In this document: piece after piece, positions 1 through 12,628 of the stretch
How the letters are laid out: each line of letters starts with the position of its first letter
Numbering within the stretch: the stretch's first letter is position 1
Program-made: the position numbers and the translations under genes
Source of the DNA: Candidatus Bathyarchaeota archaeon
GTDB taxonomy: Archaea; Thermoproteota; Bathyarchaeia; Bathyarchaeales; Bathycorpusculaceae
Assembly (NCBI GenBank): GCA_963775895.1
Contig: CAVZKL010000027.1
Coordinates: 20,565 to 84,564 of the forward strand
Direction of reading: 5' to 3'
DNA length: 64,000 bases
The notes under the pieces: model-generated
Seen by the model: only the letters and a program-made list of their open reading frames with translations
What the model was told of the DNA's origin: nothing
Database searches by the model: none

Positions 1-118
1 GCGATCCGAGGTTACCACAAGGCTTTCATGGTGACGACCATGTGCTTTTGCTAAAAAAGTCTCCTGATACCCTAGCACCGGATAGAAATGATCGATTATA
101 TGTAATACTTTAAGCCTT

Positions 119-841
119 TTACTCACGCTTTTCACTCTTCACAACCAAGTCCCCGCCTAGAGTTGAAGACCACCACCGACGTTGCTTTGCCAAGACGCCG
201 CTACATGACACAGAGCTGATTTCAAATCCTTTCTTTGTAAGTAATTCACAGAGAGTTGACTTGGTGAATTCGTGTAAGTGTTCCCAATCTGCCCCAAAGT
301 AAACACCACCTGATCTGGGTAATTTTCCAAACAATAATTGAATTCGATACGGAATCCAAGCAATGTTGGGAACTTGCACGATGAAAGTGCCACCTTGTTT
401 TAACACTCTACGAATCTCATCTAGTACCCTAGGCGGATTAAAAACGTGTTCAAGGACGGCAATGCATGACACCGCGTCAAAAAACGAATTGCTGAAAGGC
501 AATCCTTCATCAACATCACATTCATAGAAATGAAAATCATCTCCATCTGATCTCTCTTTTGAGCCCTCCTTTGCTCGTTCAATTCTTAGCGGTGAAACAT
601 CAACCCCATAACATTCTTTGAACTTATCTTTTGCCATAAAGATAAAGTAACCATCACCACAACCTACATCCAGCAATCTTCCTTGATCAGACTGCAACAA
701 GGCATAAGCAACCTGATAACGGTTCACCTCAAACCTCAAAAGCTTCCCGTAAAGAAAAGCGATTACACCATGAGAAGGCTCATAGGAAATTTCCTTACGA
801 CCGTATACATTATCGTAAACCTTTTTCTTGGCGTCTTCCAT
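119..841 (-). CDS. Class I SAM-dependent methyltransferase
   Basis: SAM motif LLDVGCGDG and LPFSNSFFDAV..VLEHV; last gene of the glycosylation cluster. Confidence 0.85.
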   Translation of the reverse strand: MEDAKKKVYDNVYGRKEISYEPSHGVIAFLYGKLLRFEVNRYQVAYALLQSDQGRLLDVGCGDGYFIFMAKDKFKECYGVDVSPLRIERAKEGSKERSDGDDFHFYECDVDEGLPFSNSFFDAVSCIAVLEHVFNPPRVLDEIRRVLKQGGTFIVQVPNIAWIPYRIQLLFGKLPRSGGVYFGADWEHLHEFTKSTLCELLTKKGFEISSVSCSGVLAKQRRWWSSTLGGDLVVKSEKRE

Positions 842-965
842 AAATCAGCTCACCAAAGCATTTTTGCCAAGCCAACGCCTGATGGCACGCGTGCTCACAG
901 CTTTTTACATCTTCGTAAACTTTTTCAAGTTTTGATTCACGCTGGTCAGCTGGCGCATGTAGGCC

Positions 966-2143
966 TTAATCAGTTCTTGTCACTTCGCCATAGATATGCT
1001 CTAACTTGTCAACGGTATTCTCCAAAGAAAAATCGTTCCTAACCATTAACCTACAGTTTCTGGAGAATTTTTCAGCCAATTCAGTATCGGAGAGCAGGGT
1101 ACAAATTGCCTTGGCTAAGGCGTAATACGTTGGTGGAGTCACATAGCCCACATTACCGTTTATCCAATCCAATGTGTCTCTCAGAGTTGTCGTAATTATG
1201 GGAGTCCCAACAGCGCATGCTTCCAGAAACGTCACAGGAAAACCATAGAATGAAGGTGTAACGAACATGTCAGCATCCACAAAAGCAGCAAGTTTATCCT
1301 TGCTATTGATAAAACCGGTGAATAAGACGGAATCAGATGTGCCTGCCGAATCTACTAAAGACTTGGCCTCGGCTAAATACCCATCGTCTGGTCCAGCTAT
1401 TACTAGTAGTATATTGTCACATTTCATTTTCTCAATCATGTACGCATGGGCTTTGATCAGAAGGTCTATTCCCTTAGTCTTGTGAATTCTGCCCAAGTAA
1501 AGTATTATCTTCTTGTCATCCTGAATGTTGAACCTCTTCTTTGAAAGAACCCTTGGGCGGCAGATCAGCATACTTTGACAAATCTATTCCATTAGGTACA
1601 ACTACAATTTTGTCATCTGGCACACCAGAACGCCTATACTGTTCAGCTTCAATTCGGCTGAGAGCGATAACTTTCGCAGCATCCCTCAATAATCTGTGAC
1701 CAAAGAAAACATAATAGAGCCACTTTCTGCCCTTCCTGCCTATCTTGGGCAGAGAACCATGAGCTTGAAGAACATAGGGAACGCCGTATTTCTTTGCAAA
1801 CCTATGAACAATTATGTTCTGATAAGTTGTATACTCGTGAGTGTGAACAACATCAAACGATTTCAAGTCAGACTTAATTTTCTTAGGTAATTCGGGCGTT
1901 ATGAAAAGCTTCGACTGCTTAACAAAAAACATCGACAAGTTACTGAAATAGTGAACCCTCATTCCTTCAACTTCATCACTTTCAACATCAAGCTTGTCCC
2001 CCAAATTCCTAGCATCAGAAGTAAAAACAACAACTTCATGGCCTTCGCTTCACCAATTCCTTCCCAACATCAAACGCAACCTTAACAGGACCCCCAAAAG
2101 CCTCGGCCGGATCAAGATACGGAGTTACGAATAAGACTTTCAA
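966..2143 (-). CDS. Glycosyltransferase family 4 (split by frameshifts)
   Basis: N-terminus KVLFVTPYL..GGP from TTG at 2143; ORFs 1516-2004 (DVVHTH, PYVLQAHG, VVPNGID) and 966-1571 (LGRIHKTKG, FPVTFLEA) join into one GT-B enzyme. Confidence 0.85.
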
Positions 2144-2183
2144 GGTTCAGAAACTCGTCTCTCTGTCAGCGCGCGCATTTATG

Positions 2184-3414
2184 TCAAGACGCGTATTTTG
2201 AAGAAGCGACTGAAGCCAAAACTGTGTACATTCGTTCGCCAATCTTTTCTGACGTCAAATGCTCCGAAACGTAATGTCTGCCGTTTATTCCAAGTTCGGC
2301 ACCCAATCGTCTATCCGTGCGAAGTCTAGTCACAGCTTCTGCAAAACCACCTGCATCTCTAGGTTTAACAATAAGGCCTGATCTACTTGTCTCAACGTAC
2401 CTAGCAGGTTCTCCATCAGAAACACAAACAATAGGCTTACCATAAGCTTGATACTCAAAAACCTTAGTCGGAAGCCCCAAATCCACAAAACTCATAGTAG
2501 CCATGGGAAGCACAAAAACATCCGCAGAGCCCAGTAAGGAAGCCAGCTCATCCTTAGGCAAAAAACCACGTATTCAAAACAACATTCTTAAGACCAAGCT
2601 CACTAATTGTCTTTTTTAGCATCGGAGCCAACTCGCCAACACCCCTGATAACGAAGACAACATCTTCATTTTTAGAAAGAAGCCTCGCAGCCTTCAAAAC
2701 GACATCAAAATCATAACCTAAACCCAAAACCCCAGAATACATAACAACAAAACGACCCTTCGAATTCTTTTCAGTGCTCAAGGGTTTAACACTCTCAACA
2801 CCGACCTCAATGACGTGCACTTTATCTGGAGAAACACCGTAGTCACCAACTATTTTACGCTTATATCCCGCGCTTATGGGCGTAATGGCTGCAGGAACGA
2901 CATAAGAGAGCCAAGCCAGGAAATTCAATACTTTCCGCGCAAACTTGGGCTTTATATATCCCAGCTCGTAAAAAACCTCAGGCCACAAATCATCCACATT
3001 TCGCACAATAGGCACATGCTTGACAACGCCATAAACAAAACTAGGAAAGAAAGAAAACAAGTTAGGGTTAGCGCCCCAAACCACATCAACCTTTCCTACG
3101 AAAGGTAAAGCAAACAGAGAAGAAACAACAAAACAAAAATGCAAAACAATCCTCTTTAACGGATTGCTATGTGGCAAAGCAGGAATCCACACACGATAAA
3201 CCATTGCAGCACCAAACCTTTCAGAAACAATAGCCTTACGATTATACTGGCTTGGAACTTCACCATGCGGATAATGCGGAAAAGCAGCCACAACAGTGAC
3301 GTCGCAACCGCTACTGAGCAGCCCATTTACAACATTAGTTGCCCTCGTGCTACCGCCGCCCATGTCAGGAGAAAAATATTGGGCTAGAACCAAAACCTTC
3401 AAGCGATTAACCAT
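2184..3414 (-). CDS. Glycosyltransferase family 4 (WbuB-like; one frameshift near 2560)
   Basis: KVLVLAQYFSPDMGG..PHYP N-terminus; PTKVFEYQAYGKPIV C-terminal GT4 motif. Confidence 0.85.
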
Positions 3415-3476
3415 AGCGACGACAGTTTTGGATGCAGCTCTGTTATCGCACGCTTGCATTCCAACGGACATGTAAC

Positions 3477-4443
<967 letters not shown>

Positions 4444-4457
4444 CTACCTTCCACCAT

Positions 4458-5480
4458 CTATTGGGAAACTTCTTCTAGAATTTCATATCCTTCACCTACA
4501 GGGTCTAAACCAGCTTTTTGCATGTCCGCATCCACCATTATTTTTATCAGTTCCTTAAATCTAATCTTCGGATTCCAAGCTAACTTTTTTCTAGCTTTAC
4601 TTGGATCAGCAACCAACTCTTCAGTCTCAGTAGGTCTAAAATACCTTGGATCAATCTTTACATATTTGTCAAACTGCAAATCGACATAAGAGAAAGCTTG
4701 TTCAACAAACTCTCTAACCGAATGCGCTTCACCTGTCCCTAAGACAAAATCCTCTGCGGGGTTGGTTTGTAATATTTTCCACATAGCCTCTACATATTCT
4801 GGTGCATATCCCCAATCACGTTTTGCATCAAGATTCCCAAGATAAAGAACATTTTGTTTCTTAGCCAAAATGTTCGCTATCGCTCTTGTTATTTTTCTGG
4901 TCACAAAAGTTTCACCTCTTCTGGGAGATTCGTGATTAAACAAAATTCCATTGCACGCAAATAGGTTGTACCCTTCCCGATAGTTAACCGTCGTCCAAAA
5001 CGCATGGACTTTCGCAATTGCATAAGGACTCCTCGGCCTGAAAGGCGTTTCTTCGTTTTGAGGAGGGGGAGAACTCCCAAACATCTCACTACTGGACGCT
5101 TGATAAAACTTCACATTATTTCCACTTCTTCGAATAGCTTCCAAAATCCTGGTTGTGCCCAACGCAGTGACGTTTCCTGTATATTCTGGAATATCAAAAC
5201 TTACTCGGACATGACTTTGAGCACCCAAATGATAGACTTCATCTGGCTTGATATTATAAATTATGTTTGATATTTGCTCAGCATCCGAAAGATCCCCGTA
5301 ATGAAGAAAGAATCTCGCCCCAGGTTCATGAGGATCTACATAGATATGATCTATCCTCGCAGTATTGAAGGTACTAGCTCTTCTAATTATTCCATGCACT
5401 TCATAGCCTTTTGAAAGCAAAAGTTCTGCTAAATACGAACCATCTTGTCCAGTTATTCCAGTAATGAGTACTTTCTTCAT
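4458..5480 (-). CDS. gmd: GDP-mannose 4,6-dehydratase
   Basis: [59 protein letters not shown]. Confidence 0.96.
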   Translation of the reverse strand: MKKVLITGITGQDGSYLAELLLSKGYEVHGIIRRASTFNTARIDHIYVDPHEPGARFFLHYGDLSDAEQISNIIYNIKPDEVYHLGAQSHVRVSFDIPEYTGNVTALGTTRILEAIRRSGNNVKFYQASSSEMFGSSPPPQNEETPFRPRSPYAIAKVHAFWTTVNYREGYNLFACNGILFNHESPRRGETFVTRKITRAIANILAKKQNVLYLGNLDAKRDWGYAPEYVEAMWKILQTNPAEDFVLGTGEAHSVREFVEQAFSYVDLQFDKYVKIDPRYFRPTETEELVADPSKARKKLAWNPKIRFKELIKIMVDADMQKAGLDPVGEGYEILEEVSQ

Positions 5481-5544
5481 CAAAATCTTCCTATGATATT
5501 TTTCCGCGCGCGCGTTGCGTCCACCGGTAACCAGGACCTTTAAC

Positions 5545-6624
5545 TTAGGCAAATTCTTCCCTCAGTACTTTGACTATTTTCTTGCCTGCTTTTCCGTCTC
5601 CAAACGGATTCTTCCAGCCCCGATCCTTGTTAAGCATTAGTTCTGCTTTCTTGACTATTTCAGCCGGATCTGTGCCTGCTAAGGCATTGGCCCCAACCTC
5701 TAGAGTTTCCGGTCTTTCCGTGTTGTACCGCAGGGTCACACATGGGACGCCGAGAATGCAGGCTTCTTCCTGAACGCCGCCGGAATCTGTCAGGACAAGC
5801 TTGGCATTGCTCTCAAGCTGTAGAAAACTCAGATAGTCTAAAGCTTCAACAACTCTAATGCCGTTCGCCGCTAGATTGAACATCTCAAGCTGCTTCTTAG
5901 CCCTCGGGTGAATCGGATACACGACAGGAAAGCCGAACTTTTCCTGAACCATTTGCAATCCTTTCAGGATACCGTGAAATCTAGCTTCGTCGTCAACATT
6001 CTCTTGTCTGTGAACCGTGGCCAACGAGTAATTGCCATCTTCGATGCCTAACACGCCTGAGACTTCTCCCTTCTTCTTTGAGATTTCCAGGTTTTGGTAA
6101 ACAGCATCAACAATAGTGTTGCCAGTCACGAAAATCGTGCGAGCGTCCATTCCTTCGCCAAGCAATATTTCTCTCGCTTTTGCAGTTGGGGCAAACAACA
6201 AGTCTGAACAATGGTCGGCCAGAACCCTGTTTATCTCCTCCGGCATCTCACGGTCATAGCTTCTCAAGCCAGCTTCCACGTGTCCAACTTTGAAGCCTAG
6301 CTTTGCGGCTGCCAAGGCCCCAGCCAGAACTGTGTTGGTGTCGCCTTCAACCAAAATGACATCGGGCTTCTCCTGGCTCAATACCTTCTCTATTCCAATC
6401 AGCATCTTTCCAGTTTGTTCAGCATGTGTTCCGGAGCCCACGTCGAGATTATGGCGTGCTTGAGGCAATTCAAGCTGTTCAAAGAGTACCTCGTCCATGT
6501 TGTACGAGTAATGCTGGCCCGTGTGAAGAATAGAATAGTCTAAGGCAAGGCGTTCACATTCTCGGATGATCGGCGAGAACTTGATAATTTCTGGCCGAGT
6601 CCCCAAGATGATTGAAATCCTCAT
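5545..6624 (-). CDS. wecB: UDP-N-acetylglucosamine 2-epimerase (non-hydrolysing)
   Basis: [46 protein letters not shown]; start at ATG 6624. Confidence 0.95.
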   Translation of the reverse strand: MRISIILGTRPEIIKFSPIIRECERLALDYSILHTGQHYSYNMDEVLFEQLELPQARHNLDVGSGTHAEQTGKMLIGIEKVLSQEKPDVILVEGDTNTVLAGALAAAKLGFKVGHVEAGLRSYDREMPEEINRVLADHCSDLLFAPTAKAREILLGEGMDARTIFVTGNTIVDAVYQNLEISKKKGEVSGVLGIEDGNYSLATVHRQENVDDEARFHGILKGLQMVQEKFGFPVVYPIHPRAKKQLEMFNLAANGIRVVEALDYLSFLQLESNAKLVLTDSGGVQEEACILGVPCVTLRYNTERPETLEVGANALAGTDPAEIVKKAELMLNKDRGWKNPFGDGKAGKKIVKVLREEFA

Positions 6625-6968
6625 CTTCGAGTTTCTCTCTTGTTCCGTGCGGTTATTTTTTGACTCTCCACGGCTCTTTTGACTTTTCCGATTCTGAAAA
6701 TAACTGTTCCGCCATGGGTGTAGGGCTCGCCCGGATCGACACACTGAATATATGCATGTTCTCTATCTCTTGGCTTGGACAGACCCAACTTGACCGGGTC
6801 AGCCCCTTGTTCTAATGCCAACACATGATGCAGCAAAGAAGAAAGAGCATGGGTACACAGAGCGTCTGTCTCCTCCAAGACAATGGCAGGGTCATCGACG
6901 GTTATCTTGTCGCCAACCTTGTAGACGGGACAGCGACCTCGCACTTCACAGACCTCAATCTCAATCAC
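6621..6968 (-). CDS. TIGR04076-like Cys-containing small protein
   Basis: IEVxEVRGRCPVYKVGDKI, LC..AL, IQCVDPG...GTVIFRI pattern. Confidence 0.7.
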   Translation of the reverse strand: MIEIEVCEVRGRCPVYKVGDKITVDDPAIVLEETDALCTHALSSLLHHVLALEQGADPVKLGLSKPRDREHAYIQCVDPGEPYTHGGTVIFRIGKVKRAVESQKITARNKRETRR

Positions 6969-6983
6969 GCCGATGCGCCACTC

Positions 6984-7946
6984 TCATTTTTTCCCATTCG
7001 TCCTCTGTGCAAGCCTCGCAATCGCGTACAATGTTATGGAAGTTGACAGCAGGAAGAACCCTATCAGCACGAATGCAAGTGAGGCCAACGCAATGTTCGT
7101 TACTATGTGACGTTCTGCACCGTAGATCTGAAGCATCCAAACCCCAAAAAAAACTCCTATCATCAGGGATAGAACACCAGGTATTCCCATAAACACCAAA
7201 GGACTGTCTTCAACTACGAGCTTGACGATGGACATCAATACGCCAACGCCGTGCCTCACCGGGTTGTGCACATGTTTCTTTAAGTCTGCTCCGTAATAGC
7301 ATGTTGCTGGGACCTCTTGAATTCTTAAACCGTTTTTTCTGGCGCTCATCAGGATTTCTACGCTTGCGCCCATGCCATTTTCTGCCACGACCAGCTTGTC
7401 TAGGCATTTGCCGCTGTAGGCTCTCAACCCGCATTGAGCATCCCCCACACCCTGCTTAGTGTTGTTAGCGCGCGCTACAAGTCGTGAAATGAATTTTATG
7501 CCGGCTCTCCTGTACCAGGGCATAACACTTGGCAAGTGTTCATCGATGAACCTTGAACCGAACGTGATGTCGGCCGCACCGTTCTTTATGGGCTCGACAA
7601 CGTTTGGAATATCGCGCGGATCATGCTGGCCGTCACCATCCAACGTGACTAGGATGTCAGCATCCAACTCTCTGGCCCGTCTGAACAATGTCTGAATCGC
7701 CGCGCCGTAACCAAGGTTCTTCTCATGTCTCACCACGTCAGCTCCTAACCCCTTCGCAATCTCCCCCGTCAAGTCCGTTCCGCCGTCGTCACAGACCACA
7801 ACCTTGTCCGCATACTTCTGAGACTGCAAAACTACCTTCGCAATAGTCTTCTCTTCATTAAAAGCTGGAATCCCAACCACAACGAAGGGTTTCAAAGCAG
7901 CTACAGCTTCAATCTCAATATTATGGCTTTTTGAAATCTCTACCAT
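6984..7946 (-). CDS. Glycosyltransferase family 2 (DPM1-like, C-terminal TM helices)
   Basis: IPAFNEE, VCDDG, NLGYG, LDGDGQH, GSRF; two hydrophobic C-terminal segments. Confidence 0.9.
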   Translation of the reverse strand: MVEISKSHNIEIEAVAALKPFVVVGIPAFNEEKTIAKVVLQSQKYADKVVVCDDGGTDLTGEIAKGLGADVVRHEKNLGYGAAIQTLFRRARELDADILVTLDGDGQHDPRDIPNVVEPIKNGAADITFGSRFIDEHLPSVMPWYRRAGIKFISRLVARANNTKQGVGDAQCGLRAYSGKCLDKLVVAENGMGASVEILMSARKNGLRIQEVPATCYYGADLKKHVHNPVRHGVGVLMSIVKLVVEDSPLVFMGIPGVLSLMIGVFFGVWMLQIYGAERHIVTNIALASLAFVLIGFFLLSTSITLYAIARLAQRTNGKK

Positions 7947-7950
7947 ATTC

Positions 7951-9537
7951 TCAACCTACATAAAGGTAAACTGAAATCCGATCAAAACTCGTCAATCGAA
8001 CAAAACTGCTTGGAACAGTAATTCCGTACCAGCCTATGTCCGTGTTCCACCATATAAAATACAGTGTGTCGAATCCGTGTGCATTCGCAGTCGTAATCGC
8101 CGCATGAAAATCATTCTTGAAGTCAACAATCGTGTGCGTGTTATCCAAATAGAGTTGACTCCAATAATAAAACGCGTCTTGAGCAAGAAAAGCAGAGCTG
8201 CTGCTCATTCGGGTATTAACCCATTTCAAAGCGTTAACTGCTGAATCAACGTCAATCAGTGGCAAGCTGTTGCTCTGCATTGAAGATGGTATATAGTTGA
8301 CCGTTGTTGGAAGACTGACCACTCCAATGCGTCCATACAACAAAGGACAAGCCATAAACACGAACCCCAAACAAGAAGAAACGACAAGAAGACTTTCTGC
8401 AACACGCTTCGAAATCCTCAGCCAATTCAATCTTATCCAAATCGGACGTGCACTTAACCCGCCTGCGTGCAAGACCTTGCCAATTCCGTTAACCACAAAG
8501 AAAGTGAAGGGATAAACAAGCATGAGCATCCATCTACTCCACATGTCCGGAGCAAACCACGGCACAACCAAAGCCCCAAACCCTCCAACAAGAAGAAGCC
8601 CAGACCAGAAAACCAGAAGCCTGTTTCTGAAGAAGCCAACCAAGACCAACGGCAGAACCAGAGCAAACAACAGAACGAAAAGAGAAAACACATGCGAAAA
8701 CAGAACCAAATATGAAGAGTAAGATTGAACAGTGTCAAACACGCTGAGATAGTTTGTGAAGAGACTGAAGACTCCGTGATAATGGCCAGTTATTTGGTAA
8801 GCAGTGAGAACATTCTCGGGTGGAGCGGCATAAGCAATGGGAAATGCCAGGAAATACACTTGCCCCAGAAGCACGGCAAGCGCGGGCACAAAGAATCCTA
8901 GAACCCTGATTGCAGTTAATTTCGTTTCCTTCAAGGCTGTGAACGCGACAACACCTAAAACGACAATGAACAGGATAATCGACGTAAACTCGTGACTGAA
9001 CATTACAAGAACCGAGAATAACACGAAAAACAAAGAAGCCTTCACGCTCTTGCCAACATCCTTAAGGAACGCAAGAGCAAAAAGCAAGAAACCTAAGCCT
9101 AGCATGTTTCTATAGAATTCCCACGAAATTGCCAATGCTGCAATCTGAAAGGAAAAAACCAAACTGCTAAACAAAGCCTTCCTATCCGTCCAATTCAAAG
9201 CTCTCTTAGCAAAATAGTAAATGCCACACGTGTTCAACCCAAAAAGCAAAGGCGCCGCCACTTTCAAAACCATAAACGGGTCTCCCAGAACAAAATTCTG
9301 AACCGGAACGAGAAACCCGTACAGCAGCCACGAAGAGAAAACCTGTGACCAATTATACCATACAACACCTGTCCTAATTCTCCAAGCATAGTAAACAGTG
9401 TCAAAACCAATAGCATGAGGATAAGACAACAGTTCAGGCACAAGCCTGATAATAAACCCTACAAGAAAAGCAATAACTAGAGCCTTCCAGCCAGAAGCTC
9501 TGAAGTTAGAAAAGAAACTTGTCACTCTGGAGCTCAA
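7951..9537 (-). CDS. Multi-pass membrane protein, possible GT-C-fold glycosyltransferase
   Basis: About 12 hydrophobic segments, loop GFDTVYY, soluble C-terminal domain; TTG start overlaps upstream stop (TTGA); GT-C role is inference. Confidence 0.6.
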   Translation of the reverse strand: MSSRVTSFFSNFRASGWKALVIAFLVGFIIRLVPELLSYPHAIGFDTVYYAWRIRTGVVWYNWSQVFSSWLLYGFLVPVQNFVLGDPFMVLKVAAPLLFGLNTCGIYYFAKRALNWTDRKALFSSLVFSFQIAALAISWEFYRNMLGLGFLLFALAFLKDVGKSVKASLFFVLFSVLVMFSHEFTSIILFIVVLGVVAFTALKETKLTAIRVLGFFVPALAVLLGQVYFLAFPIAYAAPPENVLTAYQITGHYHGVFSLFTNYLSVFDTVQSYSSYLVLFSHVFSLFVLLFALVLPLVLVGFFRNRLLVFWSGLLLVGGFGALVVPWFAPDMWSRWMLMLVYPFTFFVVNGIGKVLHAGGLSARPIWIRLNWLRISKRVAESLLVVSSCLGFVFMACPLLYGRIGVVSLPTTVNYIPSSMQSNSLPLIDVDSAVNALKWVNTRMSSSSAFLAQDAFYYWSQLYLDNTHTIVDFKNDFHAAITTANAHGFDTLYFIWWNTDIGWYGITVPSSFVRLTSFDRISVYLYVG

Positions 9538-10805
9538 TCGTCTCCAACCAAGGTTCGCGCGCGCGATGTGGGACGTGTGATCGTGCCCTTCTTGTCCGTC
9601 TTCAACCACTTGTGTGGTCTTCGTAGCACAATGAGCAGCATCGCATAGAACGCGATGAAAGCTTGGGCACTCCAATAGGCGTAGATGAACGGGACCCAGA
9701 GCAGGTCCAATGCTTTTCTCGGTTTCGAAGAGTAGAGCAAGGCTAAACCGCAAGCAAACATAGTGGCTGTCGCAAGGATAACCGTGAATTCCGTGATAAG
9801 ATACAGAAAAGTGCCAAGTGGAAACGGCATCAACGCCACAAAGGAACCCGCAAAGTAAGCCAGCAAGGATGCTATCAACACAAACGGTCCGAACAGGGTC
9901 ATTTCGGCATCAAAGCTCTTTTTGCTCGGCTTGGCCATCAATCGACCATACTTCATTGCGACTTCCATGGTTCCTCTGTACCAACGAGCACGCTGCCTGA
10001 ACAACTGCTTCAGGTCACACGGGCTCTCCTGCCAAGATCGAACGTCCGGGGCATACTTAATCTTGTAACCTTTTTCGGTTGTTTTCGCTGAAAGTTCCAT
10101 ATCCTCAGACAGGGCGTTTTCGTCGAAGCCTTCCACTTGTTCCAAAACATCTCGCCTGATGAACTGGCAGCTTCCTTTCAAATGGACAAACAAGTTCAGA
10201 GCGTCTTTGCCGCGCAAATACGTCTCATACCAAATGTCCTCCTCTCGTGAAATCATTCTTGTCAACATGTTTTCTTCGGAGTTGATCGACAACGTTCGAC
10301 CCTGAACTGCCGCCACCTGCGGATCCTCAAAATACCTAGAGACATTCAGCAAAGCATCGCTAGCAGGAACACTGTCCGCGTCAAAAACCCCGACTATCTC
10401 GCCCTTTGCACACGTGATACCAGCATTCAGAGCCGAAGGCTTTCCATCCGAAAATGGTCTTTGAACAATTCTTATGTTCAACCTCTGCTCTCTGGCAAAA
10501 GCTTCACACACACCGACACTTCTGTCGGTTGAACCATCCACAACGACTATTATCTCCTCCTTATCAGAAGGATAGCTCATCTCAGTCAAAGCGTTCAGCA
10601 ATCTGCCCACCACTTTTTCCTCATTTTTCACGGGCACAATAATCGAAAAGACTGGCAACGCTTCTCTTTTAGCAGACTTCCTACGCGACTTTCTTTTGCT
10701 TTCGCGAAGGTTCTTTACGCCTGCCACCAAAATCGGAAGATTGTAGAACGACCAAGCGTAGACGATGAGGAGTGTGCAGACTAATCCGATATACGGCCAG
10801 ATCAA
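9534..10805 (-). CDS. Glycosyltransferase family 2, cellulose-synthase/IcaA-like
   Basis: IVPVKNEE, DGSTD, GKPSALN, FDAD, SEDME, QRARW; N- and C-terminal TM helices. Confidence 0.9.
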   Translation of the reverse strand: MIWPYIGLVCTLLIVYAWSFYNLPILVAGVKNLRESKRKSRRKSAKREALPVFSIIVPVKNEEKVVGRLLNALTEMSYPSDKEEIIVVVDGSTDRSVGVCEAFAREQRLNIRIVQRPFSDGKPSALNAGITCAKGEIVGVFDADSVPASDALLNVSRYFEDPQVAAVQGRTLSINSEENMLTRMISREEDIWYETYLRGKDALNLFVHLKGSCQFIRRDVLEQVEGFDENALSEDMELSAKTTEKGYKIKYAPDVRSWQESPCDLKQLFRQRARWYRGTMEVAMKYGRLMAKPSKKSFDAEMTLFGPFVLIASLLAYFAGSFVALMPFPLGTFLYLITEFTVILATATMFACGLALLYSSKPRKALDLLWVPFIYAYWSAQAFIAFYAMLLIVLRRPHKWLKTDKKGTITRPTSRARTLVGDD

Positions 10806-10851
10806 AGTAATCGTTTTTGCTCTTTCAACTTTTCCAAAGTGTCCTCAATGA

Positions 10852-11238
10852 TTAACGGTCAATGACTCCGGACTTGTTGAGATTCATTATGGCCAGAAAA
10901 TTTGCGAAGGAAATGTCGAATGCCCAGTTTCGAGCACGTGTGTTGCCCCATTTCTGAGCTAAGGAACTGAGCCTACGGGCGAGCCGAAGTCCAATTTCTC
11001 TCATTATACGTGAGAAGGCAAGATTGTTCTCAGAAACTCCCTCCAACTTGTTCACGACGGAGAAAATGGCTTTCGCCAACGCTGGACTGTGAACTCTGTC
11101 AGCAACCCTAATAGTCAGATTGACCAACACGCGATCGATTCTATTTAGATTTCTCAGCCATGAGCCTACTCTTTGTGCCCTCAACCTCAGCTTCAACAGC
11201 CCAGTTCTACCAAGAACAAAATTATCCTTTCCACTCAC
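10852..11238 (-). CDS. Hypothetical basic protein heading the glycosylation cluster
   Basis: 128-aa ORF co-oriented with the cluster; no recognised domain. Confidence 0.55.
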   Translation of the reverse strand: MSGKDNFVLGRTGLLKLRLRAQRVGSWLRNLNRIDRVLVNLTIRVADRVHSPALAKAIFSVVNKLEGVSENNLAFSRIMREIGLRLARRLSSLAQKWGNTRARNWAFDISFANFLAIMNLNKSGVIDR

Positions 11239-11437
11239 GCTATCCCTTCATGCATTCAAGATTATGCGCGCGCCACCTAACCTCCAATTTCTGTGAAGCA
11301 ATCAGATAAAAGACTTGCGTACACAAACGTTTCCCAGTGTACGCCGCAAATCTTGGCAGATAGTGAAATCTTGTCCCAGCTCATAGAATGCATAAATCCA
11401 AGGTTTTATCTCCTCAAACGATGTCCTACTGGCTAAG

Positions 11438-11905
11438 GTGGGTCAGATGAAGGCAGAGATTGCAATGCACAAATTGGCTAGGAATTGTCTCGAAGCTGGA
11501 GAATGGAAAGACATGCACCTGCCCGGAGGATGGTTAGGCAAAAAAGTGTTCGGCAAAATTATCGCCTGGTTCTCTGGCGAAATTCCATCCACTCAGGTTG
11601 AACTAGTGATCGACGATGACGGTCTGTCTTTGAGGGACTATGGAATTTCTGGAAGAATCGTCTACACTCCCGGGCACACGATGGGTTCAGTCAGCGTGCT
11701 GTTGGATTCTGGAGAGGCTTTTGTGGGAGATCTCACAATGAACAAGTTTCCCCTCAGGCTTGGACCAGGACTGCCCACCATCGCTGAAGATGACCTCAAT
11801 GTCAAGGAAAGCTGGAAAAAGTTACTGGAACTCGGAGCAACAACAGTCTATCCTGCACACGGAAAACCCTTCTCAACCGAAGTCATCAAGAAAGCTCTTA
11901 AGTAA
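11438..11905 (+). pseudogene. MBL-fold metallo-hydrolase, N-terminally truncated
   Basis: TPGHTMGS, AFVGD, VYPAHG present; the HxHxDH motif is absent from the ORF. Confidence 0.65.
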
Positions 11906-12041
11906 TACACCATAGGCATGAGTGTTGTATTCGCGCCAGCTGGCAAGTTGGAGATAAGACTGGGAAAGCCACTGCTCTTCTACACCGTCACCGTGAATGG
12001 CTGTCGCTCGAATACGTTTCCCTTTCACAAGAACAGCGTTC

Positions 12042-12473
12042 TCAGAAGATATTGCGTTTCCTTTTCTTTGACCCTTCTTGGGGCACTTCAGCTTCGCTTT
12101 GCTCAGGCTGCGGCAACACGCCTGCGCTAACGCCCTCGCCAGCTTCTTCAGAAATCTCTTGTACAGGCTCAGGAGGCGTCTCGCTTGGAGTGCTCTCTAT
12201 TGCAGACGAAGTCTTCAGTTGCTGTTCCAAGATCGCTATCTTGTCCTCCAGTTCTTTCACTGCAGCATCGTGCGTACGCTTCTCTTCTTCAAGAATTTGG
12301 ACAAGTAGATTCCTATCGATAGCGAGTTTTTCCGCGCGCGCTTTTTCCTCCAGAATCTTAGTCTTCTCTTCCAGCGATCTTCGTCCCTTTTCAAGGCGTT
12401 TGGATTCTTCTTCTGGTCTTGTCTTTGTCTGTTGAAGTCCCTGAAGGTTGTCTGTGTTGCTCAATTGGTTCAC
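12042..12473 (-). CDS. Hypothetical coiled-coil protein with acidic/Pro tail
   Basis: E/K/L heptad-rich N-half; ends in KKRKRNIF. Confidence 0.6.
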   Translation of the reverse strand: MNQLSNTDNLQGLQQTKTRPEEESKRLEKGRRSLEEKTKILEEKARAEKLAIDRNLLVQILEEEKRTHDAAVKELEDKIAILEQQLKTSSAIESTPSETPPEPVQEISEEAGEGVSAGVLPQPEQSEAEVPQEGSKKRKRNIF

Positions 12474-12628
12474 CTTGAAGGGTAGTTTCTGTTGAAGATA
12501 TAATTGATTTATGAATTGGAACTATGTATCGCAGATATACTCAAGGGACGCGCACTTCAGCGCGCGCGTTGCTAGAGAATGAAATTTGATTGATTTCTCA
12601 TAGAAAAAAGAGAGAAGAAAGAGCTGTC

